Source: Patescibacteria group bacterium (GTDB lineage Bacteria; Patescibacteriota; Patescibacteriia; UBA10025; JAHIVO01). Taken from it: a stretch of DNA of 64,000 nt. The stretch lies in contig JBAZWB010000001.1 in assembly GCA_041660605.1 (NCBI GenBank), positions 558,503 through 622,502 on the forward strand. The letters are read 5' to 3'. Under the pieces are notes generated by a model. That model did not search any database. It worked only from the letters and a program-made list of their open reading frames with translations, and was not told where the DNA came from. The first letter of the stretch is position 1; each line of letters starts with the position of its first letter. Both the position numbers and the translations under genes were made by a program. Below are positions 18,312 through 28,683 of this stretch, in pieces.

Positions 18312-18515
18312 TCAGAAAGAACAACGATCGTAATTCCGCTGGCAGCGTTCGGCAGTGAACAGGCGGTTAATGACATCTCTTTGGCCAGAAGTCAGTTTGC
18401 GTCTGCCAAGCTCTGCCTGGATCAGAATTTCCTCTTCCATAGTTTGTATCAGGCGGAGCCATACGCGATCAACCAGTTCTTCGGTAGGCGTTTCCGTCAG
18501 CTTGAATGAAGACAT
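18312..18515 (-). CDS. Small helical orphan protein (67 aa)
   Basis: GGAGG RBS 4 nt before the ATG; lies downstream of an attenuator-like leader. Confidence 0.65.
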   Translation of the reverse strand: MSSFKLTETPTEELVDRVWLRLIQTMEEEILIQAELGRRKLTSGQRDVINRLFTAERCQRNYDRCSF

Positions 18516-18561
18516 AGTACCTCCAATAAATGTTTAATGTGCATATTAAATTTTACATACC

Positions 18562-18730
18562 AAAAAAACGGCTAGTCAGCCGTTTGTGCCTGTAAAACCG
18601 TTTATTTTATAACTTTACGGATACAGCGAAAGACGACTGACTATTTTGGTCAGTTTCTTGCGCGGGCAAAGTTGTAATGTCATTCTCTTCATAACATAGG
18701 AATTTTATAGCATAATCAAATTACTGTCAA
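18562..18730 (-). promoter_or_regulatory. Promoter, leader peptide (18692-18615) and attenuator
   Basis: TTGACA-N17-TAAAAT; leader MKRMTLQLCPRKKLTKIVSRLSLYP; actgac/gtcagt (1:2), tagtcagtcgt/acggctgacta (2:3), aaacggct-gact-agccgttt plus U tract (3:4). Confidence 0.65.
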
Positions 18731-18733
18731 ATT

Positions 18734-19390
18734 TCATTTGTACAGTTTAATAATTTCAGCTGATTCATTTCTAAACGAATTGACTAATGGTGAAACTTGA
18801 TACATCTGCATCTGGTCATCCGGAAATGGTTTTAATATTTCCAAGGCTACCTCCAGCTGAGCGCTATTGTCTAGCCAAAGCTGCTCATGCTTTGGCGATA
18901 ATATTACCGGCATGCGATCATGCAGTTCGCTGACCATCTGATTCGCCTTAGTAGTGATAATAGAAAACGTGGGGATGGAAAAGCCCTCCTTGTTTTTATA
19001 AAATTCCCAGATGCCGGCAAAGGCAAATGGCTGTTTGCTTTTCAGCATTATTCGATAGGGGATTTTAACATCGTTTTTTCTTTTCCATTCAAAAAAACTG
19101 TCTGCCAGTACCAGGCAACGACGGTTTTTTATGGCATTGCGAAATGACGGTTTTTCAGCTAATGATTCTGCTCTGGCATTGATCAAGCCGCGGCTTTTCT
19201 TATTTTTCATCCAGACGGGCATTAATCCCCATTGCGCCGGTATTATTTCCCTAGGATTACTATTTAAAATTACCGGTAGTTTTTGCGATGGTGCGGCGTT
19301 AAAATGCCTCTTGATGGGCAATTTAAAATGCGCCTGGAACCTATCTTCCAGGATATCGTCTTTTGAAAAAAATGAATACCGTCCGCACAT
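18734..19390 (-). CDS. SOS response-associated peptidase (SRAP/HMCES, YedK-like)
   Basis: N-terminal MCGRY, INARAES, FFEW and HDRMPVIL. Confidence 0.95.
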   Translation of the reverse strand: MCGRYSFFSKDDILEDRFQAHFKLPIKRHFNAAPSQKLPVILNSNPREIIPAQWGLMPVWMKNKKSRGLINARAESLAEKPSFRNAIKNRRCLVLADSFFEWKRKNDVKIPYRIMLKSKQPFAFAGIWEFYKNKEGFSIPTFSIITTKANQMVSELHDRMPVILSPKHEQLWLDNSAQLEVALEILKPFPDDQMQMYQVSPLVNSFRNESAEIIKLYK

Positions 19391-19470
19391 GACTAAATAA
19401 TGTCATATATACTTGTTTTTGTTAAGTATTCGCATTTGTTTTTTCGCTGAATAAATACTAAAATGTAGGT

Positions 19471-20577
19471 ATGCAAAAACTTGGCAGATTCATCTTTATG
19501 TTATTCGCTGTTTTAACCGCGACTTTGTTGTTGTATGCAGGGGCGCTGGTTTATTTCCAGGGAAATTACGCTCCTTATTTGAATAAAGTCATGACGGTTC
19601 CATTTCTAGAAAGCTCGCCAAAATCAACCATACGCGGCATGCAAAGAGCAATGACGGAAACAGATACTTTGCATTCCGATCTTGAGTTTAAATTTATCAA
19701 AAATTCAGAAAAAAAACCGTATGCCATTCGTACTAAGGCGGATTTTGACGGCGGATTAGCCAATAAATTATTAGGACAGTTAAAAGTGGAAAATGAACTT
19801 GAAATACAAAATTTGACTTATCTTTTTAATTTTGAGTCACGTTCATCTGATAAATATAATTTTTTACGCGTAACTGAAGTACCGGCCATACCTTATCTAG
19901 ATTTGACGGCGATAAAAAATAAATGGTATGAGTACTCCCAGATTAAAAAATTTAGTGAATATAACGACATGATGCTTTCTGCGAAAAGCCTCATTTCCGT
20001 CACTTCTTTTTTTAATAGATTAAATCGTCTGCCAGATGAGTATATTAACGGTAGTATGGTCTATCATTATGAAACAACGATCGACGTTGAAGGGTTAAAC
20101 GGAGCTTATGCCTATTTAAAATCGAAATACCAGCTAAAACAAAATATTAATTTTGACAAGCTGGCTGATTTTAAGTTTGAATTATGGATAGGCAAGAGCA
20201 ATAAGCGCCTGTATCAAATGAAAGCGGAGTATGAAAAAGATTCCAGCTTAATATATTTTTTGATGCAGAATTCCGATTTTAACTCAAAAGTTACTATCGA
20301 GGAACCGACACTAGCTTACGGGTCGCATGATTTTTCTGTTGATCTATTCGGTAAAACTAATTTTTTGGATTTGCCTCTCTTTGGTTATTTAATAAATTTA
20401 GACATGACTAAATTCTTGGCTGACCTTGACCAGGACGGGCTATATAGCGGTTGGGAAAAGATTTTCGGGACAGATCCTCTGAAGGCCGATACTGATGGCG
20501 ATGACTTTATCGATGGTCCGGAAATAATGAATGGGTATAACCCGACAGGCAAAGGCAAATTATTTGTTATTGAATGA
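19471..20577 (+). CDS. Membrane-anchored protein with C-terminal DxDxDG (TSP3-like) calcium-binding repeats
   Basis: N-terminal TM; DLDQDGL...GTDPLKADTDGD...GYNP. Confidence 0.7.
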   Translation: MQKLGRFIFMLFAVLTATLLLYAGALVYFQGNYAPYLNKVMTVPFLESSPKSTIRGMQRAMTETDTLHSDLEFKFIKNSEKKPYAIRTKADFDGGLANKLLGQLKVENELEIQNLTYLFNFESRSSDKYNFLRVTEVPAIPYLDLTAIKNKWYEYSQIKKFSEYNDMMLSAKSLISVTSFFNRLNRLPDEYINGSMVYHYETTIDVEGLNGAYAYLKSKYQLKQNINFDKLADFKFELWIGKSNKRLYQMKAEYEKDSSLIYFLMQNSDFNSKVTIEEPTLAYGSHDFSVDLFGKTNFLDLPLFGYLINLDMTKFLADLDQDGLYSGWEKIFGTDPLKADTDGDDFIDGPEIMNGYNPTGKGKLFVIE

Positions 20578-21449
20578 GCAAGAAATCATTTATTAAAAAA
20601 ATTCTTAAAAAAAGACCCAAAATTTCGGATAAAAGTAAATTTGGGCATGTTTTAGTCATCGCCGGTTCGAAATGTATGCCCGGCGCCGCTTTACTGACTG
20701 CCAAGGCGGCTATGAAAGCCGGCGCCGGGCTGGTGACGATGGCGCATCCAAAATCTTTGCTGCCAATTTTTGTCAAATCATTTCATGAAGCCATTCATTT
20801 ACTTTTGCCGGAAACGAAAATTGGCAGTATTGATGAGTCTGCCTGGCGGATAATCGTAAAAAACATCAGCAGATACAATGTCATTGCCCTGGGCCCTGGA
20901 TTAGGCAGGTGCAGGGAGACGGCGCGTTTTGCCATTCAAATAATAAAAAAAGCGGCTCTGCCCCTGGTGATTGACGCTAATGGGCTGAACGCTATGGCAG
21001 AATTAAAAAAAACATGGATATTAAATAAGCGAATTGGCATTACAATACTTACACCGCATCAAGGCGAGCTAAAACGGTTGATTGATAAGCCAATTTCCTG
21101 GATTGCCGGGCATAGATTATCGATAAGCAAGAAATTAGCCAAGGAATGGAATTCTATAATTGTACTGAAAGGAAATGGCACTATTGTATGCAGCCCAGAT
21201 GGACGCGTATTCAAAGATACTTTAGGCGGGCCGGAGTTAGCCACCGCCGGCACGGGCGATGTATTGACCGGCATTATCTCCTCCTTTGTGGCGCAGCATC
21301 CTGGTTGGCCTTTTGAAGCGGTAGTAGCGGCTGTACAAATACACAGTTTGGCCGGACGCTTAGCAAAACGCGATTTAGGCGAATATTCAGTTACCGCCAG
21401 CGATTTGCTGGAGTATCTGCCAAAAGCCTTGACAATTCAGGTGAAATAA
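20574..21449 (+). CDS. nnrD: ADP-dependent NAD(P)H-hydrate dehydratase (YjeF C-terminal domain)
   Basis: GHVLVIAGS, GPGLG, LTPHQGE, VLKG and LATAGTGDVLTG motifs. Confidence 0.92.
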   Translation: MSKKSFIKKILKKRPKISDKSKFGHVLVIAGSKCMPGAALLTAKAAMKAGAGLVTMAHPKSLLPIFVKSFHEAIHLLLPETKIGSIDESAWRIIVKNISRYNVIALGPGLGRCRETARFAIQIIKKAALPLVIDANGLNAMAELKKTWILNKRIGITILTPHQGELKRLIDKPISWIAGHRLSISKKLAKEWNSIIVLKGNGTIVCSPDGRVFKDTLGGPELATAGTGDVLTGIISSFVAQHPGWPFEAVVAAVQIHSLAGRLAKRDLGEYSVTASDLLEYLPKALTIQVK

Positions 21450-21479
21450 ATTACTGTGAAGTATTCATAAATAATAAAT

Positions 21480-22073
21480 ATGCCAGTACCAATTTTCGAT
21501 CAGCCTGTAGTTACGGAAGTAAAACATACCAAAGAAGCCGAAATCAAGGAAAAAATTTCTCCTTGGGTAATCTTTATTTCTATTCTTTTAATCAGCGTGA
21601 TGATTACTTTCGGTGAATATGCTTTTCGCGATATGAACAGGGTTTTTAATCCAAATTATTCAAATTGCTTTGTTCAGTCGGGCTTTAAACTAGCTTATCC
21701 ATATGTACGCCAGCAAAACAACTCCCCTAAATCCACTTGCGAATTGGAAAAATACGAAAGAGTCAAATTGATATTGCATGCCGATATCGCGGTGCCGATA
21801 ATTTTGGTAAGCTTGGTAGCTTATCTTTTTATACGCAAGCGCACGCTTGCCTCAGCCGGTAAAGCAATATTTTTTTCTATATCAGTCTGGGTTGGCTGGC
21901 TATCAATCAGGATAGTCGGAGAGGGGGAATATTTTTTTGTTAAACATTATCCTCTTTTTGGAAAATATATCGTTTTTTTCACCCTTGCAACTTTATTGAC
22001 TGTATTGATAATATACATCCAAAATAAGGTCAAAAAAGCAACACAAAAACCATTAAATACAAATAACGATTAA
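21480..22073 (+). CDS. Hypothetical membrane protein
   Basis: About 4 TM segments. Confidence 0.65.
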   Translation: MPVPIFDQPVVTEVKHTKEAEIKEKISPWVIFISILLISVMITFGEYAFRDMNRVFNPNYSNCFVQSGFKLAYPYVRQQNNSPKSTCELEKYERVKLILHADIAVPIILVSLVAYLFIRKRTLASAGKAIFFSISVWVGWLSIRIVGEGEYFFVKHYPLFGKYIVFFTLATLLTVLIIYIQNKVKKATQKPLNTNND

Positions 22074-22142
22074 TTATTAAAGGCAGTAATATCAGCGCTA
22101 TGGCTACAATTTTTTTGGCTTTTTTGGTATAATTAAAATGAT

Positions 22143-22637
22143 ATGGAAATAATTTCCTTAAAAATAGGTGACATTTGTCTGGAAAAAACCGACGCTATTG
22201 TCAATGCAGCAAATGATGAGTTAACGCATGGCGGCGGTGTTGCTGGAGCTATCGTTCGAGCCGGTGGAGAAATAATACAGAATGAATCGAATGAGATTGC
22301 ACCAATACTATTGGGACAGGTCGGAGTGACTTCGGCAGGCAGCTTAAGGACGAAATATATAATTCATGCCGCGACAATGCATTTAGGAGAATTGGCTGAA
22401 GAGGAGAATATAAAAAATTCATTGATAAATAGTTTTTTAAAAGCAAAAGATCTTGGGGTAAAATCAATTTCTTTCCCCGCACTTGGAGCTGGCACTGGAG
22501 GCTTCTCATTAGATCGCTGCGCTGAAATAAGTATCTTTTATGCAAAAAAATATCAATCATATTTTAATGAAATCGTTTTTGTCCTATATAGCAAGAAAGC
22601 ATTCAAGGCTTTTCAGAAGTATCTAAAAATCAAATGA
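22143..22637 (+). CDS. Macro domain ADP-ribose-binding/hydrolase protein
   Basis: GDI, DAIVNAAN, GGGVAGAI and SISFPALGAG motifs. Confidence 0.92.
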   Translation: MEIISLKIGDICLEKTDAIVNAANDELTHGGGVAGAIVRAGGEIIQNESNEIAPILLGQVGVTSAGSLRTKYIIHAATMHLGELAEEENIKNSLINSFLKAKDLGVKSISFPALGAGTGGFSLDRCAEISIFYAKKYQSYFNEIVFVLYSKKAFKAFQKYLKIK

Positions 22638-23761
22638 AAAACAAAAAGTTTTTTTATGCTTTAGCCACTTTTGTAGGCACTGTTATCGGCGTCGGTTTGT
22701 TCGGCATACCTTTTGTCGGAGCTCAGGCCGGATTTTCAGTTTTATTATTTTATCTCTTAATTCTGGGAGTTGTTGTAGTTTGCATCAATTTATTTTTTGC
22801 GGAAGTATCCGTTTTTACCAAAGGTTTGCATCGTCTGCCCGGCTACGTAGAGGCTCATTTTGGCATTAATGCCAGAAGGTTTTCGTCAATAGTGCATATT
22901 ACTTCCTTGCTAGCCTCGCTCCTGGCGTATCTGATTATTGGAGGTCAATTTTTAGCTTCTTTTTTCAATGGATCTGTTTATCTTTATACTTTCATTTTTT
23001 TCGTACTTGGCGCCCTGTTGATCTGGCGCGGACAGGGTTCGGTTGGGCCAATTGAATTGGTACTATTGGTTATATTGCTGGCAGTTGTTTTGTTTTTATT
23101 TTTTGCTGGATTTGGAAAGATAAGCGCTGAGAATTTTTCCGGAATTGATTGGAAGTCATTTTTTCTTCCTTACGGCGTCGTCCTGTTTTCTCTATGGGGG
23201 ACTTCCATCATACCAGAAGTCAAGGAAATTTTAGGCAATGATCTGAAAAAATTAAGAAAAGTTTTAATTATTGGCATAATAATTTGCTTAGTGGTCTATA
23301 TATTATTTAGTCTGGTAGTCATCGGTATTTCCGGCCATCAGACTACCAATGAAGCAATTGCCGGACTTCAGGGCAAATTAGGACATTGGGTTTTACTCCT
23401 TGGGTACGCTTTTGGCATTATAACGACTTTTACTTCTTTTATCGCACTGGGTCTGACGGTAAAAAAAGTTTTTTGGTATGATCTGCATCTGCCAAAAGGC
23501 ATATCCTGGCTTTTAGCTTCCTTTATACCGCTTTTCTTTTATATCATCGGATTGCAGAATTTTATAAAAATTATCAGTTTAACTGGGGCAGTCATGCTGG
23601 GAATTGACGGTATCCTGATCACTTTAATGTTCCTGAAAATTATAAAAGAACGAAAAAGCCAAAAATTGGTGCATTTCAGGCTTTTGAGCCTGGCAATATT
23701 GACCCTTTTATCTTTTGGAGTTGTTTTAGAAATTGTTTTTTTCTTCAAGAATAATTTATGA
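22634..23761 (+). CDS. Aromatic/hydroxy amino acid permease (HAAAP-like)
   Basis: GTVIGVGLFGIP N-terminal motif, about 11 TM segments. Confidence 0.8.
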   Translation: MKNKKFFYALATFVGTVIGVGLFGIPFVGAQAGFSVLLFYLLILGVVVVCINLFFAEVSVFTKGLHRLPGYVEAHFGINARRFSSIVHITSLLASLLAYLIIGGQFLASFFNGSVYLYTFIFFVLGALLIWRGQGSVGPIELVLLVILLAVVLFLFFAGFGKISAENFSGIDWKSFFLPYGVVLFSLWGTSIIPEVKEILGNDLKKLRKVLIIGIIICLVVYILFSLVVIGISGHQTTNEAIAGLQGKLGHWVLLLGYAFGIITTFTSFIALGLTVKKVFWYDLHLPKGISWLLASFIPLFFYIIGLQNFIKIISLTGAVMLGIDGILITLMFLKIIKERKSQKLVHFRLLSLAILTLLSFGVVLEIVFFFKNNL

Positions 23762-25182
23762 AAAAAGTCATAGTCAGATTTGCCCCTTCGCCGACAGGAT
23801 CATTGCATATTGGCGGACTGCGCACAGCGCTTTTTAACTGGCTCTGGGCCAGGAAAAATATTGGCAAAATAATATTGAGGATTGAAGATACAGACCGTGA
23901 AAGATTTGTTGAAGGAGCGGTGGAAAATATTATTGAGGCCTTGCATTGGTATGGGCTTGATTTTGATGAGGGACCGATTTTTCAGTCAGCGAGAACTGAT
24001 ATTTATAAAAAATATGCAAAGCAGTTAATAGATAAGGGTTTTGCCTATCACTGTTTCTGCTCCAGTGAACGCCTGGATGAGCTGAGAAAGCTGCAGGCAA
24101 TAAATAAGATCGCTTCTCACTATGATGGACATTGCCGTAACTTAACAGCTGGACAAATTGCTGAAAATTTAAAAAATAAAAAACTTTTCGTCATCAGAAT
24201 GAAAGTCCCGCAGACAGGGGCTACTTCATTTGAAGACGAAATTTATGGCCATGTCTCTGTAGAAAATAACAATATAGATGACCAGATTATCGTAAAATCG
24301 GATGGATTTCCGACTTATCATTTGGCTAACGTAGTTGATGACCATGAGATGGAAATATCGCACGTGATCAGAGCTGAGGAATGGCTGCCTTCGACGCCGA
24401 AGCATATTATTCTGTATAATGCCTTTGGCTGGCAGCCGCCGGTGTTTGCGCACTTGCCGATGGTATTAGGCACTGACAGGTCGAAGTTGTCAAAGCGGCA
24501 TGGCGCGGTGGCGGCGCTTTCTTTTCGCGAACAGGGATATTTGCCTGAGGCAATCTTGAACTTCATCGCTTTATTGGGATGGAATCCAAAAAATAACAAG
24601 GAAGTCTTTACTGTAGAGGAGCTAAAAAAAGAGTTTGATCTGAAAAAAGTTAATAAATCAGGCGCGATTTTTAATCTGGAAAAACTCGACTGGCTGAATG
24701 GCTTTTATATCCGTCAGATGGGCATAGATAAATTGACAGAACTTTGCCTGCCGTTTATGCAGAAAAAGCCCGAACTAAAAAAAGCAAAGAGCATCGTCTC
24801 TTTATTCCAGGGACGGATGAAAAAACTGACTGAAGTAGATGAATTGTCGCGCTTCATTTTCAGCAGTTCGCTTGAATACGAAGCGGATTTGCTTATTCCA
24901 AAAAAGGAAACAAAAGGCCCCTGTCTGAATGCTTTGGTTCAAACCAGGGATTATCTGAATTCTCTCAGCGAATCTGATTTTAACAAAAACAGTTTACGGG
25001 ATAAATTCATGGAATTTATTAAAAATAAAGCGCTGAATAATAAAATTGTGCTTTGGCCACTGCGCGTAGCAATAACAGGCCTGGCCTCTTCTCCTGACGT
25101 GTTTGAAGTAGCAGAAGTTCTTGGTAAAGAGGAAGTATTGGCCAGAATAAGCACGGCAATAAATTCTTTGCAAAAAACGTAG
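23758..25182 (+). CDS. gltX: Glutamate-tRNA ligase
   Basis: RFAPSPTG, HIGG, RIEDTD and KLSKR. Confidence 0.97.
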   Translation: MKKVIVRFAPSPTGSLHIGGLRTALFNWLWARKNIGKIILRIEDTDRERFVEGAVENIIEALHWYGLDFDEGPIFQSARTDIYKKYAKQLIDKGFAYHCFCSSERLDELRKLQAINKIASHYDGHCRNLTAGQIAENLKNKKLFVIRMKVPQTGATSFEDEIYGHVSVENNNIDDQIIVKSDGFPTYHLANVVDDHEMEISHVIRAEEWLPSTPKHIILYNAFGWQPPVFAHLPMVLGTDRSKLSKRHGAVAALSFREQGYLPEAILNFIALLGWNPKNNKEVFTVEELKKEFDLKKVNKSGAIFNLEKLDWLNGFYIRQMGIDKLTELCLPFMQKKPELKKAKSIVSLFQGRMKKLTEVDELSRFIFSSSLEYEADLLIPKKETKGPCLNALVQTRDYLNSLSESDFNKNSLRDKFMEFIKNKALNNKIVLWPLRVAITGLASSPDVFEVAEVLGKEEVLARISTAINSLQKT

Positions 25183-25224
25183 ATTTGTGCTATAATTGGC
25201 TTGCTTATATATTCCACTTAAAAA

Positions 25225-26526
25225 ATGGCCAATATATCAAATAAAAATAAAAATCCTTTTGTGGGCTGTATAGTCGGCATAATATTGATTGCCGTATTTT
25301 TGTTAATCCCACAGAATAAAATTATTGCTCAGACTAATACTAACTCTGATACGAATACCAATTCTGATGCAACCCAAAACGACAATGCCGGAACAAATCC
25401 CTCGCTGGAAACTCTTAACTCAGAACTGGATGCCAAGAGAAATGCCATCGATGAATTGAAGAAAAAAACCGATAATTATGAAGCGAATATAAAAATAAAA
25501 CAGCAGGAAACATTGACTTTGCAAAATCAGATGAGCCTGATTGATTTGCAGGTACAGCAGACAGAAAATGATATCGAGACGGTCAAACAGGAAATCGAAA
25601 AGTCAAATTTGGAAATTGAAAGTATCGGCCTGACCATTGATCAAAAACAGGTAGAATTGGATAATAGCAAGGAATTGCTTTCTGAGTACCTGAGATTGAT
25701 AAATAAATACGATCAAAAAACTTCTTTGGAAATTTTCATGGTGAATGACAGTTTTTCACAATTTTTTGATCAGATGAAATACGCCAAGGATCTGGAAAAT
25801 AGCGCTGAAAAAGCCCTGGAAGGAATTAAACAGGCAAAAACAGAATTAGAAAATGAACGTACCGCGAAAGAGTCGAAAAAACAGGAGTTAAGTGATCTTT
25901 CTGAAAAACTATCCACCAGTATTGCTGATTTATCCGGTCAGAAAGAATATAAGAATGAATTGCTTGATGAAACCAAACAATCTGAAGAAAAATTTTTACA
26001 GTTATTAGAAGCAGCCAAGCAGGAGCAGCAGGCAGCTGAAGCAGAGATGAATTCGCTGGAAACAAAAGCGCGCCAGCAGCTGGAAGAGCAGGGGATTGAT
26101 TTAAATATTTCTTCGGTACTGATGTGGCCGGTCAGCCCGACCAGGGGCGTGTCGGCATATTTTCATGATCCGACTTATCCATTCAGAAAGTTATTTGAAC
26201 ATCCAGCCATTGATATCCCTGAGCCGCAGGGCACTCCTATTCGCTCAGCTGATAATGGTTATGTCGTCAGAGCAAAAAATGGAGGCTTGGGGTATAGCTA
26301 TATAATGATTGTTCATAACAATGAAATTTCCACAGTCTATGGGCATGTAAGCAGGATCGATGTGGCCGAAGAGGATTATGTTGTCCGCGGTCAGCAGATC
26401 GGCTTAGTCGGAGGCTTGCCTGGCACGCCTGGCGCAGGACCGTTAACTACAGGATCACATTTGCATTTTGAAGTGCGATCAAACGGTATTCCCGTAAATC
26501 CTCTGGATTATCTGCCGTCATTATAA
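25225..26526 (+). CDS. M23 peptidase with long coiled coil
   Basis: N-terminal TM, coiled coil, HPAID, YGH and HLHFE. Confidence 0.9.
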   Translation: MANISNKNKNPFVGCIVGIILIAVFLLIPQNKIIAQTNTNSDTNTNSDATQNDNAGTNPSLETLNSELDAKRNAIDELKKKTDNYEANIKIKQQETLTLQNQMSLIDLQVQQTENDIETVKQEIEKSNLEIESIGLTIDQKQVELDNSKELLSEYLRLINKYDQKTSLEIFMVNDSFSQFFDQMKYAKDLENSAEKALEGIKQAKTELENERTAKESKKQELSDLSEKLSTSIADLSGQKEYKNELLDETKQSEEKFLQLLEAAKQEQQAAEAEMNSLETKARQQLEEQGIDLNISSVLMWPVSPTRGVSAYFHDPTYPFRKLFEHPAIDIPEPQGTPIRSADNGYVVRAKNGGLGYSYIMIVHNNEISTVYGHVSRIDVAEEDYVVRGQQIGLVGGLPGTPGAGPLTTGSHLHFEVRSNGIPVNPLDYLPSL

Positions 26527-26591
26527 TTCAATTTAAACATCGACCCGATATTTTTATTTTTTGGGAGATTTTTTTTAAATAAATTTTCAGC

Positions 26592-28265
26592 ATGGTTTTC
26601 TTGATAAAAAATTATAAAGTCCTGCATTTTGAGGATGATGATAAGTTGTCAGATATATATAGAAAGGCATTTATCAGAGCAGGCCTTAAATACTGGCGCA
26701 TAAAGAATCCAAAAAAAAATTTTATTGAGCAGGTAGTTAATATCAAGCCGGGAATTATTTTGATGGATACCAGCCTGCCTGGGCAGGACGGGTTTTCTTT
26801 GGCTAAAATACTGCAAAAACACAAGCAAACAAGCAAAATACCCATAGTTGGGCTGTCTGATGTAGAAAGGTCCGTTGGCGTCAGATGGGCGCTGAATCTG
26901 GGTATGTATGATTATTGGATGCATGATATACGACGGCCTGAGAAAATCGCGCAGAAAATATATAAAATTCTAAATCCTGCGCCGTATCCAGACCGTGATT
27001 CATTGATAAGCGTGGGTTGGCTGGCGAAAAAGATAAAATTATTTTTTAAGCATCATCAGGCAATATGGCATTATGCATTAGTCATACTGTTCATGATGTG
27101 CGGACCTGCGATAATTTATTTTAATAATATTTTTATTAAAACGGCCGATGATTTTATTACAAAACTGCCAACCAGACTGAGTGTAGAGTTGCATGCAGTA
27201 AATTTTAGCTGGCAATACCAGGGAGAAAAATTTATCATAGAAAAAACACTGTATGGCAGAATCGACGAATTTTATAAAAACAGTGACTTGAAATTTTTTG
27301 GAGAAAATGATGCTCTTGACGAATACTACAAGTTTTTTTCAACTCAGTTGTCTGCAGGTGGCGACAATACTATTAATGATTTTTCTGAACAAATAATTAA
27401 ACAGGGGAATGAAAGAAATCTTTCTGAGGATCAGCTAGTCGAATTATCAGTCGGTTTTGTTCAGTCTATACCTTTTGATGAAGAAAAAAAGGAGGCTATC
27501 TTGAATGCTCCGGAGGTGTCTGATGGTGATAATCAGTCTGTCCTGGCGGCCGTAAAATCTTCCTGGCCCAGATTTCCTTATGAAACATTGTATGACAATA
27601 AAGGCGTATGCACAGACAAAACATTTTTGGCTATTGCTTTGCTGCAGCAGCTTGGATACGGTACGGCAATTTTTGATTATCAGACTCACATAGCTCCAGC
27701 GGTAAAATGCACTGACACATACTCAAATTTTAATTCAGGCTACTGCATCGCAGAAGTGACCTCGAATGGTTTTTTTATCGGGGAATTACCAGCCATAATG
27801 GATTCTTATGACCAAACCGTGAAAAAAGACGTTACTTATTTTTCCCAAAAAATGTGGAATATCGGCTTAACCGAGGAAATCATCCAAAAACCCAATATAG
27901 TGGCAATCAACGATGGGAAAAGCTATGAAAGAATTTCACAGCATGCTCCGATTTTTTCCGAAATGAATAAAATCGAAAATGAGTTCAACGATTTAAACGC
28001 AAAAATCAGTTTATTGCTGGAAAAAATAAATGCTCTCGAAAAAGAGGTCAAAACGTATAAAGATACAGTTAATGAAATATCAAAAAAACTGCAGACGGAC
28101 AATAGTTTGCAGTTATATTATCAATATGAAGAGGCGGCCAATAAATATAATAGCGCTTTTGAAAAACACGAAGGCGGTATAGCCGAATATGAGGCCTCCC
28201 TGATCAGCCAAAATAAACTGATTACAGAGTATCAGCAGTTATTAATGCAATTGGAAATAAATTGA
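26592..28265 (+). CDS. Receiver domain-TM-transglutaminase-like-coiled-coil fusion protein
   Basis: REC (FEDD, ILMD, PGQDGF, IPIVGLS); TM near aa 160-177; FVQSIPF, PYETL, GVCTDK, HIA. Confidence 0.7.
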   Translation: MVFLIKNYKVLHFEDDDKLSDIYRKAFIRAGLKYWRIKNPKKNFIEQVVNIKPGIILMDTSLPGQDGFSLAKILQKHKQTSKIPIVGLSDVERSVGVRWALNLGMYDYWMHDIRRPEKIAQKIYKILNPAPYPDRDSLISVGWLAKKIKLFFKHHQAIWHYALVILFMMCGPAIIYFNNIFIKTADDFITKLPTRLSVELHAVNFSWQYQGEKFIIEKTLYGRIDEFYKNSDLKFFGENDALDEYYKFFSTQLSAGGDNTINDFSEQIIKQGNERNLSEDQLVELSVGFVQSIPFDEEKKEAILNAPEVSDGDNQSVLAAVKSSWPRFPYETLYDNKGVCTDKTFLAIALLQQLGYGTAIFDYQTHIAPAVKCTDTYSNFNSGYCIAEVTSNGFFIGELPAIMDSYDQTVKKDVTYFSQKMWNIGLTEEIIQKPNIVAINDGKSYERISQHAPIFSEMNKIENEFNDLNAKISLLLEKINALEKEVKTYKDTVNEISKKLQTDNSLQLYYQYEEAANKYNSAFEKHEGGIAEYEASLISQNKLITEYQQLLMQLEIN

Positions 28266-28269
28266 TAGG

Positions 28270-28674
28270 CTACTTATTTTCGAAGTAATACCTGTAAAAA
28301 GTCTCCAGATTCGTCTCTTCTTTTGATTCTATGGCGCAAGCGCAATATTTCTGGCCGTCGTTGAGAATCTCAATGATATTGCGTTTTCCGGTTAAGAGCA
28401 GCTCCCAGGACTGCTGTGCGGTTAAAGTGCCCTTATTTTCCGGGATAACGCATCTTTTTTGCTTGGCTAATTCGCAATAATTAAAGCAGATTGTTTCATC
28501 CCAGCACATCCGTTCATGGGGCTGTTTGCTGAAAATTTTTGTCAGAATCAGCCCTGTCTGCGCGACTACGAAAATAATTATAATAATCCAGAAGGCCCTG
28601 ACTATTTTTTCAAATATCAAATTCAGCCTAGCTTTGGTGGAGATTTTTTTTGGATTATGTATTGTGGGATCCAT
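28270..28674 (-). CDS. Hypothetical single-TM protein with Cys-rich external domain
   Basis: One TM segment, six Cys. Confidence 0.6.
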   Translation of the reverse strand: MDPTIHNPKKISTKARLNLIFEKIVRAFWIIIIIFVVAQTGLILTKIFSKQPHERMCWDETICFNYCELAKQKRCVIPENKGTLTAQQSWELLLTGKRNIIEILNDGQKYCACAIESKEETNLETFYRYYFENK

Positions 28675-28683
28675 TTATCGGTC

